Below, one piece after another: positions 16,739 to 25,628 of a DNA stretch of 64,000 nt. Under the pieces are notes generated by a model. The model had not been told where the DNA came from. It saw only the letters and a program-made list of their open reading frames with translations, and did no database searches. The stretch covers positions 10,068 to 74,067 of the forward strand of contig JAGCWE010000131.1 of assembly GCA_017962005.1 (NCBI GenBank), read 5' to 3'. Source of the DNA: Paludibacteraceae bacterium (GTDB lineage: Bacteria > Bacteroidota > Bacteroidia > Bacteroidales > Paludibacteraceae). Position numbers and translations under genes: made by a program. Position 1 is the stretch's first letter, and every line of letters begins with the position of its first letter.

Positions 16739-17692
16739 TTAATAAATCATTACACGGCTTCCGCGCCGGCGGTCGCGGCGTGTCGGGAATCCCGACTGGC
16801 ACATTACGCAGCCGTACTTGACACCCGATGAGAGTACAAAGGTGAGTTTGATACCGGCAAAGAGGTTGCGCACGGGCGATGTGGCGGCGCTTGAGCTCAG
16901 GTAATCGACCATCTTCAGTCCTGCGGTCATGTCCGCGTTGGCGGCATACTGCTGGGGGTATGAGAGCATCGGCTGGCTGGACTTGATGCGGTCGTCGAGG
17001 ATGTTCATGTCGGCGAACAGGGCAATGCGGAAGTAGTTCTCCGCATCCGAGCGTCCCGAACCGGACAGAGTCATCTCACCGCCTATTTCCACGGAGCCTG
17101 CCACGTTCACCTTCATGGTCGTCTTGTCTTCGGTTTTCAGGGCGTAGTCCGTGAAGAACCCGTGGTTGGGCATGTTGGCGAGCGGGTCAATGAACTCCTT
17201 GTAGATACCTACAGCCGAGTAGGTCGCTTCCGCCTTGAAGTTGTTGATGACGTTCAGATTGACTTTGGCACCGGCAAGGAAATAGAAATGGTTGATGTGC
17301 GCACCGACCAGCAAAGGGATTTGCGCCGTGATGGTGGTATAACTGTCCTTGCGGTTCTTCTGAATGTATTGGTAGTCGAACAGTCCGTCCACAGCCTGCG
17401 GGTCAAGTTGGTTGGGCAGCAGGTACGTGGCATCGTCGATGCGGAGTCCTGAGTATGCGTACTTGCCTGCCAGACCGGTCTGCAGCAGGAATGCCGAGCC
17501 TCGCCATTCGTATCCCAAACCTAACGCTCCACCGCCTCCGATACCCATTTTGGCACCGGGGGTGGACCCTATATAGTTGGAGATACCACCATTAGCCCAT
17601 ATAACAAATCCGTGGGCTCCGAGGTTGTCGTTTGCCTTCACAGTCAGTGGCAGCAGCGCGAGCAACGCGATGATAAGGTGTTGGTGTTTCAT
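16739..17692 (-). CDS. Outer-membrane beta-barrel (porin-like) protein
   Basis: I set the start at MKHQHLIIALLALLPLTVKA (signal peptide). The alternating G/Y/A-rich amphipathic strands are typical of small OM barrels. It lies directly downstream of an OmpA-family gene. Confidence 0.5.
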   Translation of the reverse strand: MKHQHLIIALLALLPLTVKANDNLGAHGFVIWANGGISNYIGSTPGAKMGIGGGGALGLGYEWRGSAFLLQTGLAGKYAYSGLRIDDATYLLPNQLDPQAVDGLFDYQYIQKNRKDSYTTITAQIPLLVGAHINHFYFLAGAKVNLNVINNFKAEATYSAVGIYKEFIDPLANMPNHGFFTDYALKTEDKTTMKVNVAGSVEIGGEMTLSGSGRSDAENYFRIALFADMNILDDRIKSSQPMLSYPQQYAANADMTAGLKMVDYLSSSAATSPVRNLFAGIKLTFVLSSGVKYGCVMCQSGFPTRRDRRRGSRVMIY

Positions 17693-17742
17693 ATTCGTTT
17701 TTGTGAAATTAGTCAATCTGTTACGGGCTTCAGTTCTTTTGT

Positions 17743-19302
17743 TTACTGTTGCTCAGTAGCGGGTGCGTCACCCTCCGTGTCCGGAGAGTCAGCCTCTTGT
17801 GGCTGCTCTCCGGCGGGAGTATGCTCGATAATCTGCGTCTGGATGTTCTCAACGATAATCTCGTCGAAGACCACTTCAACGCGGCGGTTCTCCGCACGTC
17901 CTTCGGGCGTTGAGTTGTCGGCGATGGGTTCCGATTCACCCTTGCCGATGGTGTTGATGCGGTTGGCATCAATGCCGCGTTTGACGAGTTCCGCCTTGAC
18001 GGAGTTGACACGTCCTTCGGACAGGCGCTGGTTGTATTCCTCTGTGCCGACATTGTCGGTGTGTCCGATGAGGGTGATGTGAGCGGACGGATGACGCTGC
18101 AGCAGGTCAGCCAGTTCGTCCAGGGTGTTGTCGCTGATATGGCGGATGTTGGTGCGGTCGTTGTCGAAGAAGAGGTTCTCCATCACGATGGTGTCACCAG
18201 CCTGGATGGTGTCGCCGTTGTAAACGATAGTATCCTGCGGTATGATTTCAGGCTCAACCACAACAGTATCCACCACCTCGGGTTTGGGCTGCACTTTCTT
18301 CTTTTTCTTCGCTTTCTTTACGGGCGGCTGCTCGTAGAACTCGTAATAGACATTGAAGCGCACACCGGCGTTCCACGGCAGCATCTTGCCCGAGGCCAGT
18401 TCGCTGTCCTTTGTTACCGAATAAATGTTGGCAATCTTGCCTTGCGAGTCAGGATGCGTATAGAAAGTGGCTCCGGTTGCGGGCGTCTGGTGATAGTCCA
18501 TCACGCCGATGTTGGCATAGAGCGCCACCTCATAGTGCAGCAACTGCGCAAAGGGGAGTTTCTGTTTCACTTCGTTCTTGCCGTTGCTCTTTGGCGGAGC
18601 GGGAATGGCCGCTTTGGAAGCCATATAGGGGTCGAGGTTGTAGCCTATCTCCAGCGCAATCTGCGGGTTGAACTTCTTGAGGTTCATCTTGCCCTTGTCG
18701 TCTTTTGAATCAGAGAAGAGCTGGTGGTTACCCAAATCCGTGTACGGGTCAATGCCTTTGCCGTCCTTAATCCAGCGTGTGAAATCGGTATTGACGGAAT
18801 AGGATGACATCAAGGGCAGCCCTACGCGGACACCTGCCATGGCATACAGTCCCTTGTAGATGTCGGCACCGAACAAAATGGGCACCCCCACCTCAAATGT
18901 GGACTGGCTCTCCTTGATGGAAGAGAAGTCAAAGTTGTAGGTGCTCAAATCGGGATAAACCAGTTCATATTCCTTCTGTATAGTACCTTTCGCGCTGTTA
19001 CCCGCATACGTACCGTCGATACCGACAGTCATGCGGAAGAGGTTGTACTCCATCTTGTAGCGGAACTCCAGTCCGGCGTTCAGCCCGCCCGGAAAAGAGA
19101 GGTCGGACCCGGTGATCGGGAACTGGCTGTAACCTATCTTCGGACTCAGTCCGATGTAGTGAACGGGTTTGGTGTAGGTCTTCTTGGCCTGCGTCCATGC
19201 GCGGTCGGTGACCGATGTCTTCTTCTCCGCAAAGAGCATCAGCGGCATTGCTGCCAGAAGAATCAAAGCGATGTATTTGTTCATTGTCTTGGTGTTTGTC
19301 AT
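17743..19302 (-). CDS. OmpA-family outer-membrane protein (N-terminal barrel plus C-terminal OmpA/peptidoglycan-binding domain)
   Basis: The C-terminal domain reads NLFFDNDRTNIRH...LIGHTDNVGTEEYNQRLSEGRVNSVKAELVKRGI...GKGESEPIADNSTPEGRAENRRVEVV. The signal peptide follows MTNTKTMNKYIALILLAAMPLMLFA (an ATG at 19284 is also possible). Confidence 0.85.
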   Translation of the reverse strand: MTNTKTMNKYIALILLAAMPLMLFAEKKTSVTDRAWTQAKKTYTKPVHYIGLSPKIGYSQFPITGSDLSFPGGLNAGLEFRYKMEYNLFRMTVGIDGTYAGNSAKGTIQKEYELVYPDLSTYNFDFSSIKESQSTFEVGVPILFGADIYKGLYAMAGVRVGLPLMSSYSVNTDFTRWIKDGKGIDPYTDLGNHQLFSDSKDDKGKMNLKKFNPQIALEIGYNLDPYMASKAAIPAPPKSNGKNEVKQKLPFAQLLHYEVALYANIGVMDYHQTPATGATFYTHPDSQGKIANIYSVTKDSELASGKMLPWNAGVRFNVYYEFYEQPPVKKAKKKKKVQPKPEVVDTVVVEPEIIPQDTIVYNGDTIQAGDTIVMENLFFDNDRTNIRHISDNTLDELADLLQRHPSAHITLIGHTDNVGTEEYNQRLSEGRVNSVKAELVKRGIDANRINTIGKGESEPIADNSTPEGRAENRRVEVVFDEIIVENIQTQIIEHTPAGEQPQEADSPDTEGDAPATEQQ

Positions 19303-19322
19303 AGTTTTTTCCTCCCGCTTGT

Positions 19323-21527
19323 TTATTCCACAATCCATTTTTTCGTTGTCTGCATTCCGTCGTCGGAGCGGAAGAAGATCACATACGTTCCTCTTGTCAC
19401 AGACGGGTTGATGGTGATGTCGGGCGAACCGTAGGCTTCACCGTAGTTGCCCTGTTGCACGGCACGGCCTGTCATGTCGTAGATGGTGTATGCACCGGAA
19501 GTGACGGTAAGCACCTGCAACTGTCTGTTGTCTCCTCTGCGCGGGGCCAGGTCAATGCCTTCTCCTTTGAATACGGGTTTGTCGTCCGCGCTGTTGTATT
19601 GCGGCGTGAAACGGCAGGTGCAGAACGTCTTGCGGTCGTCCGAGCGTGTCAGTTCCGCATAGTAGGAATCGATGTTCGTTACAAGATCGGGAACGTGGAT
19701 GTAGGAATGGTGCTCTCCGCGTCCTACCACTTCCTGTTTGTTGCGGAACCAGCGGACAGTGGCAACAGGGTTGCCTCCGTTGAACTGTTCGTTCTTGATA
19801 GAGAGAATGTCGTTCCAGCGCTGGTAGATGACCCAAGCGGGATAGAGTACGGTGAATCCGATCTGGTGTTTCTCCTCCTGTCCGCAACTGTTCTGGACGG
19901 TGAGGGTCATTGTGTAGTCGTCCGGCCGCGGGTAAGCGTAGATGTATTCGCCTGTCTTGTCGTAATAAACGGAGTCATAGGGCATCGGAATGGTGATGAT
20001 GCTGTCCATTGACGTGCCGTTCACGGTGACAGCCGTAGTGATATCCTCGTATCCTGTTCTGACGATTGAGGTGTTGTCGTCGATTTTCACTGTCGTGCCT
20101 TCCTGGTTGTTCCAGTTGTCCGAGAAGTCCACTTTGAAAGTCTGCACAGAGGGGTGGATAACGACGGGCGGGTCTTTGGTGTCGTCTCTCTTCTCCTCAT
20201 AATGGAAAGCCACCTTGAATCCTTTTGCGTCGCCGCAGATGCTGTCCTTGACCGTGAACGTGCCCGGGCAGTCCAGCGAAGCCGCCTCCACGTGGATGCG
20301 GTAAATCTTCTTGGCGCAGGACTTGCTGTAATGATTCAGGTCGCTGCCTGTATAGGGCTCAATGTACTCATAGTCGCCCGTATAGGATATTGTCTCGCCC
20401 GAACGCGGCCATGTGAACGTCTTGCCGAAGTCCACTTCCACAGGGTCGTCCGTAATGACTTCAGCGGCATCCACAAACTGCTCCAGTTCGAAGGTGCCGA
20501 CGTGGTTGGTGAGTTCGCACACATAGGTGGCATCCACATCCGCCGCAGGCATGCGGAGCGTGCGTTCAGTGGACAATTCTTTTCCCTTGTCGCTCTTCTC
20601 ATACCAGCGGTAGGAGAAGCCCTCGGGAGCGGTAATGGAGATGCTGTCCTCCTTTCCTTCGCAGTCCTTGCTGAAGACAAGTTCCTTCGCGGCGCAGGTG
20701 ACGTGCGCGTACATGTGCGCTTCATGGCGTTCCGTGCATATCTGCACTTCCTTGCTTCCGACAGCGCTGATGGCGCAGTCGTAATTCGCCAAGACTATAC
20801 CTACGGTGCTTCCCGCCCAATTGGAAAGGTCAATACCCACTTTCGACCAGTCTTTCCAGTAGGTCAGCACATCCTTCCGTTCGCTGTTGTTGAAAGACTC
20901 CCATCCCTTGATGCTCGCCTTGTCGGTCGTATAATGGTACAATTCTCCATAGAGTTGTCCGTAATCCTTGTGCTTGTCGTCAAGGTTCTGCGCATAGAAG
21001 CCGCAATATGGCTGATACCAGCCGGGGATGTTATAGTGGTTCGGCGCTTCCAGTACGGCGGCGTAATTGATAAGGATAATGGGATGGGCGGCATCCACTG
21101 TCAGACGGAATACAACCCATTCGCCTTTTGCAGAGTCGCTTTCCGCATAGCCGTCGTTCATCAGCCGGACGCTGGTCGTCAGTTCAGGCGGCAACACAGA
21201 CAACTCCTTGCACAGGTTGTCCGTTCCCTCCGCCGTCATCAGCGTCTGACGGGGATGCGATGTCGGGGAAAGATAGGGGGCTTTCCACCCAATAGAGTCC
21301 ATTGTCCCCAACTCACTCTCCGCATGGTACGTAATACCTGCCTCGATGTTGATGAAACGTTTGGTACCGTCATCCAAATTGGACATGTCAATGCACTGTG
21401 CCCACGCAGTGCCGGCCGCCAACGCCATCAGCCCCACGGCGACCCAAGTCTTCAGATTACAAGAGTGTTTCACGATATTGTGTTTTATTAGTTCCTTCTT
21501 CCCAACAGTCATTATCTGGCGAGCCAT
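19323..21527 (-). CDS. Secreted protein of unknown function with T9SS type-A C-terminal sorting domain
   Basis: The C-terminus GAYTIYDMTGRAVQQGNYG...TRGTYVIFFRSDDGMQTTKKWIVE fits the Por-secretion-tail pattern. It is a paralog of the upstream gene. An alternative ATG at 21512 would give a TAATG overlap with the upstream stop. Confidence 0.65.
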   Translation of the reverse strand: MARQIMTVGKKELIKHNIVKHSCNLKTWVAVGLMALAAGTAWAQCIDMSNLDDGTKRFINIEAGITYHAESELGTMDSIGWKAPYLSPTSHPRQTLMTAEGTDNLCKELSVLPPELTTSVRLMNDGYAESDSAKGEWVVFRLTVDAAHPIILINYAAVLEAPNHYNIPGWYQPYCGFYAQNLDDKHKDYGQLYGELYHYTTDKASIKGWESFNNSERKDVLTYWKDWSKVGIDLSNWAGSTVGIVLANYDCAISAVGSKEVQICTERHEAHMYAHVTCAAKELVFSKDCEGKEDSISITAPEGFSYRWYEKSDKGKELSTERTLRMPAADVDATYVCELTNHVGTFELEQFVDAAEVITDDPVEVDFGKTFTWPRSGETISYTGDYEYIEPYTGSDLNHYSKSCAKKIYRIHVEAASLDCPGTFTVKDSICGDAKGFKVAFHYEEKRDDTKDPPVVIHPSVQTFKVDFSDNWNNQEGTTVKIDDNTSIVRTGYEDITTAVTVNGTSMDSIITIPMPYDSVYYDKTGEYIYAYPRPDDYTMTLTVQNSCGQEEKHQIGFTVLYPAWVIYQRWNDILSIKNEQFNGGNPVATVRWFRNKQEVVGRGEHHSYIHVPDLVTNIDSYYAELTRSDDRKTFCTCRFTPQYNSADDKPVFKGEGIDLAPRRGDNRQLQVLTVTSGAYTIYDMTGRAVQQGNYGEAYGSPDITINPSVTRGTYVIFFRSDDGMQTTKKWIVE

Positions 21528-23467
21528 TTCTTGGTTTCCTCGTTCTGCTCGCTGTCACGGAAGCGTATGACATAGACACCCGCTGCGGGCAACTGGATGA
21601 CGGGCGAGCCGTAATCGGCACCAAACACGCCCTGTCCGAGGGTCTTTCCGTCTATGTTGTACAAAGTATATGTTCCTGATAGGTCTGTATTCACGCGGAC
21701 GATGCGGTCGTTGTTGTTGTCCGCCGTGAGCTGTATGCGCTCGTCAGTCCGCTCGGGTGCATACTGCCGTGCGGCAGGGCTGACGGGACAAGTGCAGAAG
21801 GACAGTCCGTCCAGCGTGCGTGTGAGCACAGCCCAGTAATCACTTTCGGGGTTCAGACCGCCGGGCTGGTAGAGGTAACTCTGATAGGGAGCCATCGTCC
21901 ATGCGGGCGCGCCGTCCTGATACCATTCGACCTTGGAGAACACATATCCGCCGTTGTAGTTCTGGTTGAGGAGAGCAAGCACATCATCCCAGCGCTGGCT
22001 GATAAGCCATGACGGATAGCGCACTTCCAGTATCTGCGTATAGACGGCGTCTGTGCCGTTCGACTGGTGAACACGGAGGGTATAGGAGTAGAAATTCGGC
22101 CGTGCGTACTGTGCGGCACTTGACGGCGGCATCGGAACAGAAATCTTGTTCGAGCCTTGCAGGATGGCCTGGTCGGTCCTGTTGACAAAGCCGTTTGCCA
22201 CAGCGTTGTCATCAAAGACGATGTCATAGCTCTTTGGATAGCCCGATGTGTAGTTGAATGCTATATCGAGAGTGGCCGCATCCGCACATACATACTGCGG
22301 GAACTCATACGAACATTCGACAACGCACTTGTCGGTTATGTCCACGCTGAGTGTGGTAGGACTCATAAAGGACGGGGACTGCATCTCGCAATAGAGAGTG
22401 GTCGTTTCGCCCGTATATGCGAACTGGTAGGTGCAAACCCTGTCGGTGGAGATAACCACCCCGGGATTGGCGGCGGTGTACCAGCGGTACGAGAAGCCTT
22501 CGGGTGCGGAGTAGGTGACCGCCGATGCAGGTTCGCAGGTCTCCGATTCCTTCTGGAGGACGGCTTGCGTGCAGACCAAGGAGGAATACAGGCGTGCCAT
22601 GTGGTGATCCCAGCATATCTCCGGGTCCTCATAGTCCCCCGCCTTGTAACTGATGGCGCAGTCGTAGTACTCGCACCAGATGCAAACCTTCTGGCCTATC
22701 GCGGCGCGGAGGTCAAAGCCCGCAGACGACCAGTCCTTTTTCAGCAGCACCATATAACGTTTCAAGTCTCCCGTAGTGACGTCATGAAGCGGGATATTGT
22801 TCAGTTGCTCCCATCCGTCCGCCGTGGCAGGCTGTTTCCAACCGGACAACCCGTTGGGAGCGGCATAGGCGTGTATCATACGGGTGGGTTCCTGCGGGTA
22901 CTCGTTGCCTCCGTCGTCCACCACGGAGATGAAAATCTGCACCCACGGCTGGTAGTACTTCCATCCGTTTCCGTCCACCACGATATTGTGGGTCTGGGGA
23001 TATTCCAGCATAGCCGCATAGTCCAATACGGCGATGGCGTTCTGCTCGGTGACGGTGAAGACATATCCGATACGTCCACCCTTTGCGGACTCATCCCAGC
23101 AGTCGTATTCGTCACATCCTGTCAGATAGCGCTGGGTAGCCAAGCGCACCGACGAGGAATGATTGTCGGGAATGCCTTTGATGCCGATATGCGGGTCAGT
23201 GTTGGAGCGGTCCGTGATGCGTTTGATACGTATGTCAGGATTAGACGGGTCGGGACCATCATAGACGCCGTACGGAACCCAGCCCCAGATGTTGGCTTCG
23301 CTGGTTTGTTCAACGACATCGAAATCGTAGTATCCTTGTACGATGCTGCCCTGCTGCATCATATCTATCGTCGTACGTGTTCCCTCTTGAGCAATGACAG
23401 TGCCTGAAAAGAGCATTGCAAACAGACTTGTCGCCAGTAGTTTGGAAAATAGCCTTGTTCTATTCAT
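21512..23467 (-). CDS. Secreted protein of unknown function with T9SS type-A C-terminal sorting domain (paralog)
   Basis: It has a signal peptide (LFAMLFSGTVIAQ). It shares the motifs APEGFSYRWY and YDCAIS with 19323-21527. The C-terminus is GTYTLYNIDGKTLGQGVFG...AGVYVIRFRDSEQNEETKKWLAR. Confidence 0.65.
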   Translation of the reverse strand: MNRTRLFSKLLATSLFAMLFSGTVIAQEGTRTTIDMMQQGSIVQGYYDFDVVEQTSEANIWGWVPYGVYDGPDPSNPDIRIKRITDRSNTDPHIGIKGIPDNHSSSVRLATQRYLTGCDEYDCWDESAKGGRIGYVFTVTEQNAIAVLDYAAMLEYPQTHNIVVDGNGWKYYQPWVQIFISVVDDGGNEYPQEPTRMIHAYAAPNGLSGWKQPATADGWEQLNNIPLHDVTTGDLKRYMVLLKKDWSSAGFDLRAAIGQKVCIWCEYYDCAISYKAGDYEDPEICWDHHMARLYSSLVCTQAVLQKESETCEPASAVTYSAPEGFSYRWYTAANPGVVISTDRVCTYQFAYTGETTTLYCEMQSPSFMSPTTLSVDITDKCVVECSYEFPQYVCADAATLDIAFNYTSGYPKSYDIVFDDNAVANGFVNRTDQAILQGSNKISVPMPPSSAAQYARPNFYSYTLRVHQSNGTDAVYTQILEVRYPSWLISQRWDDVLALLNQNYNGGYVFSKVEWYQDGAPAWTMAPYQSYLYQPGGLNPESDYWAVLTRTLDGLSFCTCPVSPAARQYAPERTDERIQLTADNNNDRIVRVNTDLSGTYTLYNIDGKTLGQGVFGADYGSPVIQLPAAGVYVIRFRDSEQNEETKKWLAR

Positions 23468-23494
23468 CGTAAAAAGAAATTACCGATTTGCGGG

Positions 23495-23502
23495 CAAAAG
23501 TA
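23495..23502 (-). promoter_or_regulatory. -7 promoter box TACTTTTG (minus strand) for the T9SS-cargo operon
   Basis: The plus strand reads CAAAAGTA, 28 nt upstream of the ATG at 23467. Confidence 0.55.
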
Positions 23503-23725
23503 TTTCAAAATTCGGAAATGTGCAACAAAGGCTGTATTTTTTTTGACTTTTGAATAGCGCAGGCGTTTTTTTGGCAATAATCATGCTCCTGTTCAATACG
23601 GGTGAGCACAAGTAATTATGTCCCTGCGCTCGCAGGTTTGAGACGGTGTTTTATGACCCTATTCTGAGTTATGAGTTCCTGTTCAGGCTGTACGCTATTC
23701 CGCAAATATTCAGCTTTGCAATCCT

Positions 23726-23782
23726 AACTTGCCGAACGAAACTGTCCCAACTTGCCGAATGAAATAGTCTCAACTTGCCGAA
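23726..23782. repeat. Three AACTTGCCGAA boxes phased at 23 nt, upstream of a promoter
   Basis: Boxes lie at 23726, 23749 and 23772. The -7 box of the downstream ATPase gene is at 23821. Confidence 0.75.
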
Positions 23783-23820
23783 TTTGACAAAAAATATTTG
23801 TACGATTAAAAGATAGTCAG

Positions 23821-23828
23821 TACTTTTG
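23821..23828 (+). promoter_or_regulatory. -7 promoter box TACTTTTG
   Basis: It lies 26 nt upstream of the ATG at 23854. Confidence 0.6.
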
Positions 23829-23853
23829 CGGCATCATACAAATATATGGAACC

Positions 23854-25128
23854 ATGAAGGAATACAAACACCGTATCGCAGACTTGCTGCTACGTCGCAA
23901 ATTGGAGGGAAAAGGAGCCGTGCTGATTGTAGGTCCCAAATGGTGCGGAAAGACAACCACAGCCAAGCGGCAGTCGCGCAGTTTGCTGGATTTGAGCAAG
24001 AAACTTATTCTTGAACAAAGCCGACAGATGATGGAAATCAATCCGGAAAGTCTGTTGGCAGGTGATACCCCGCGCATCATTGACGAGTGGCAGCAGATAC
24101 CCGCGTTATGGGATGTGGTACGGACGGAAGTGGATGAGAGGAACGAATTCGGGCAGTTCATATTGACAGGTAGCGCCGTTCTTCCGGAAGCGGAAGAGAC
24201 ACTGCACAGCGGTACCGGCAGAATCGGGCGTGTCAAGATGCGTCCGATGAGTTTGTTTGAATCAGGCGAAAGCAAAGGAGAAGTGTCTTTGGAGGATTTG
24301 TTCAACAATGCGGATATCCCTGTCATTACCAATGATATGACCATTGACCAGATGGCATTTCTCGTATGTCGCGGTGGATGGCCCCAATCCACTTTCCTGC
24401 AAGGGGATACCGCGCTTGACCAGGCAGATGACTACTTGGAGTCACTACTCACTACGGACATGCACCGTGTGGGAAAAGTACAGCGTTCATCGGATAGGAT
24501 GCGATATATAATGCGCTCGTACGCGCGCCATCAAGGGGCGCAATGCCCTGTGAGTATGATACGGGCGGATGTGTCGGCGAGCGACAATCAGTCGGTTTCT
24601 GACGATACGATTGCTTCCTATCTGGACGTGTTGAACCGTTTGTTTGTCATAGAGGATATGCCGGCATGGAATCCCAATCTGCGGTCCAAGGCTGCCATCA
24701 GGACTTCTCCCACCCGATACTACATTGACCCGTCTATTGCCACAGCGGCATTGGGCATTTCTCCCCAAGACCTCATAAACGACCTGAATACATTCGGTTT
24801 TATGTTTGAGACAATGGCAGTTCGTGACATTCGCACCTATTCCGACGTACTGAAAGCCAATGTGTTTCATTTCCGTGACAGTAACGGTTTGGAGTGCGAT
24901 ATGGTTATTCACCGCCGCGACGGTTCATACGGGCTATGCGAGGTCAAGTTAGGCGGTCCGCATAATATTGAGACGGCGGCGGGTAGTCTGAAAGCGGTTG
25001 CCGCCAATATTGACACAAGCAAGATGAAAGAGCCGACATTCCTGATGGTGCTTACCGCTGTCGGTCCATACGCATATCGGCGCAAAGACGGCGTGTACGT
25101 TGTCCCTATCGGCTGTCTGAAGCCGTAA
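23854..25128 (+). CDS. AAA-family ATP-binding protein (AAA_14/DUF4143-type)
   Basis: It has Walker A (VGPKWCGKTT). The length and C-terminal region are typical of the widespread Bacteroides 'ATP-binding protein' family carrying DUF4143. Confidence 0.7.
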   Translation: MKEYKHRIADLLLRRKLEGKGAVLIVGPKWCGKTTTAKRQSRSLLDLSKKLILEQSRQMMEINPESLLAGDTPRIIDEWQQIPALWDVVRTEVDERNEFGQFILTGSAVLPEAEETLHSGTGRIGRVKMRPMSLFESGESKGEVSLEDLFNNADIPVITNDMTIDQMAFLVCRGGWPQSTFLQGDTALDQADDYLESLLTTDMHRVGKVQRSSDRMRYIMRSYARHQGAQCPVSMIRADVSASDNQSVSDDTIASYLDVLNRLFVIEDMPAWNPNLRSKAAIRTSPTRYYIDPSIATAALGISPQDLINDLNTFGFMFETMAVRDIRTYSDVLKANVFHFRDSNGLECDMVIHRRDGSYGLCEVKLGGPHNIETAAGSLKAVAANIDTSKMKEPTFLMVLTAVGPYAYRRKDGVYVVPIGCLKP

Positions 25129-25394
25129 AAGGAACCGACAACGAAGAATGTTCAATATGCCAATGAAAGCTTTGTCTGACCGGAATCTAAAAGATTCTGA
25201 AAATTACGGAAGTATATTCTTTTCAGACACATCTCTATGTGCGCGAATATCTTTTTGTAGGCAGGACAAAGGATAGTTCAATCGTTCAAAAATCCGCCAA
25301 ATTCACGCCTTTTACAGAAAAACCTATTGCAACGTATCCATTGACAGGCTTTCTGACTATGTGCGTCCCTCGGTGAAATCCGCTTAATCTATCA

Positions 25395-25493
25395 TTTATC
25401 TATCGTGTATCTAACGTATATCTATCGTATATCTAACGTATATCTATCGTATATCTAACGTATATCTATCGTGTATCTAACGTAAATAATACG
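25395..25493. repeat. Array of alternating 11-mers TATATCTATCG / TATATCTAACG (22-nt period)
   Basis: Eight to nine consecutive 11-mers, preceded by the leader CGCTTAATCTATCA (25381). An inverted copy of the array lies at 44852-44941. Confidence 0.9.
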
Positions 25494-25518
25494 TACCGCC
25501 TCCGAAACGGAAGCGGTA

Positions 25519-25628
25519 CGGTCAGAATACGGAAACAGCGCGGTCAGAATACGGAAGCGGTACGGTCAGGGTACGGAAACGGTACGGTCAGAACACGGAT
25601 ACAGCGCGGTCAGAACTCTTTCGGCTTG
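25519..25628. repeat. Five tandem 22-nt units (CGGTCAGAATACGGAAnnnGCG family)
   Basis: CGGTCAG recurs at 25519, 25541, 25563, 25585 and 25607, exactly 22 nt apart. The last unit contains the stop codon (25610-25612) of the AddB-like gene. Confidence 0.85.

Noticed and set aside
25395-25493. A possible CRISPR array, suggested by the regular short repeats.
   Set aside because: The period is only 11/22 nt, with no unique spacers between repeats, and there are no cas genes. It is a plain tandem array.
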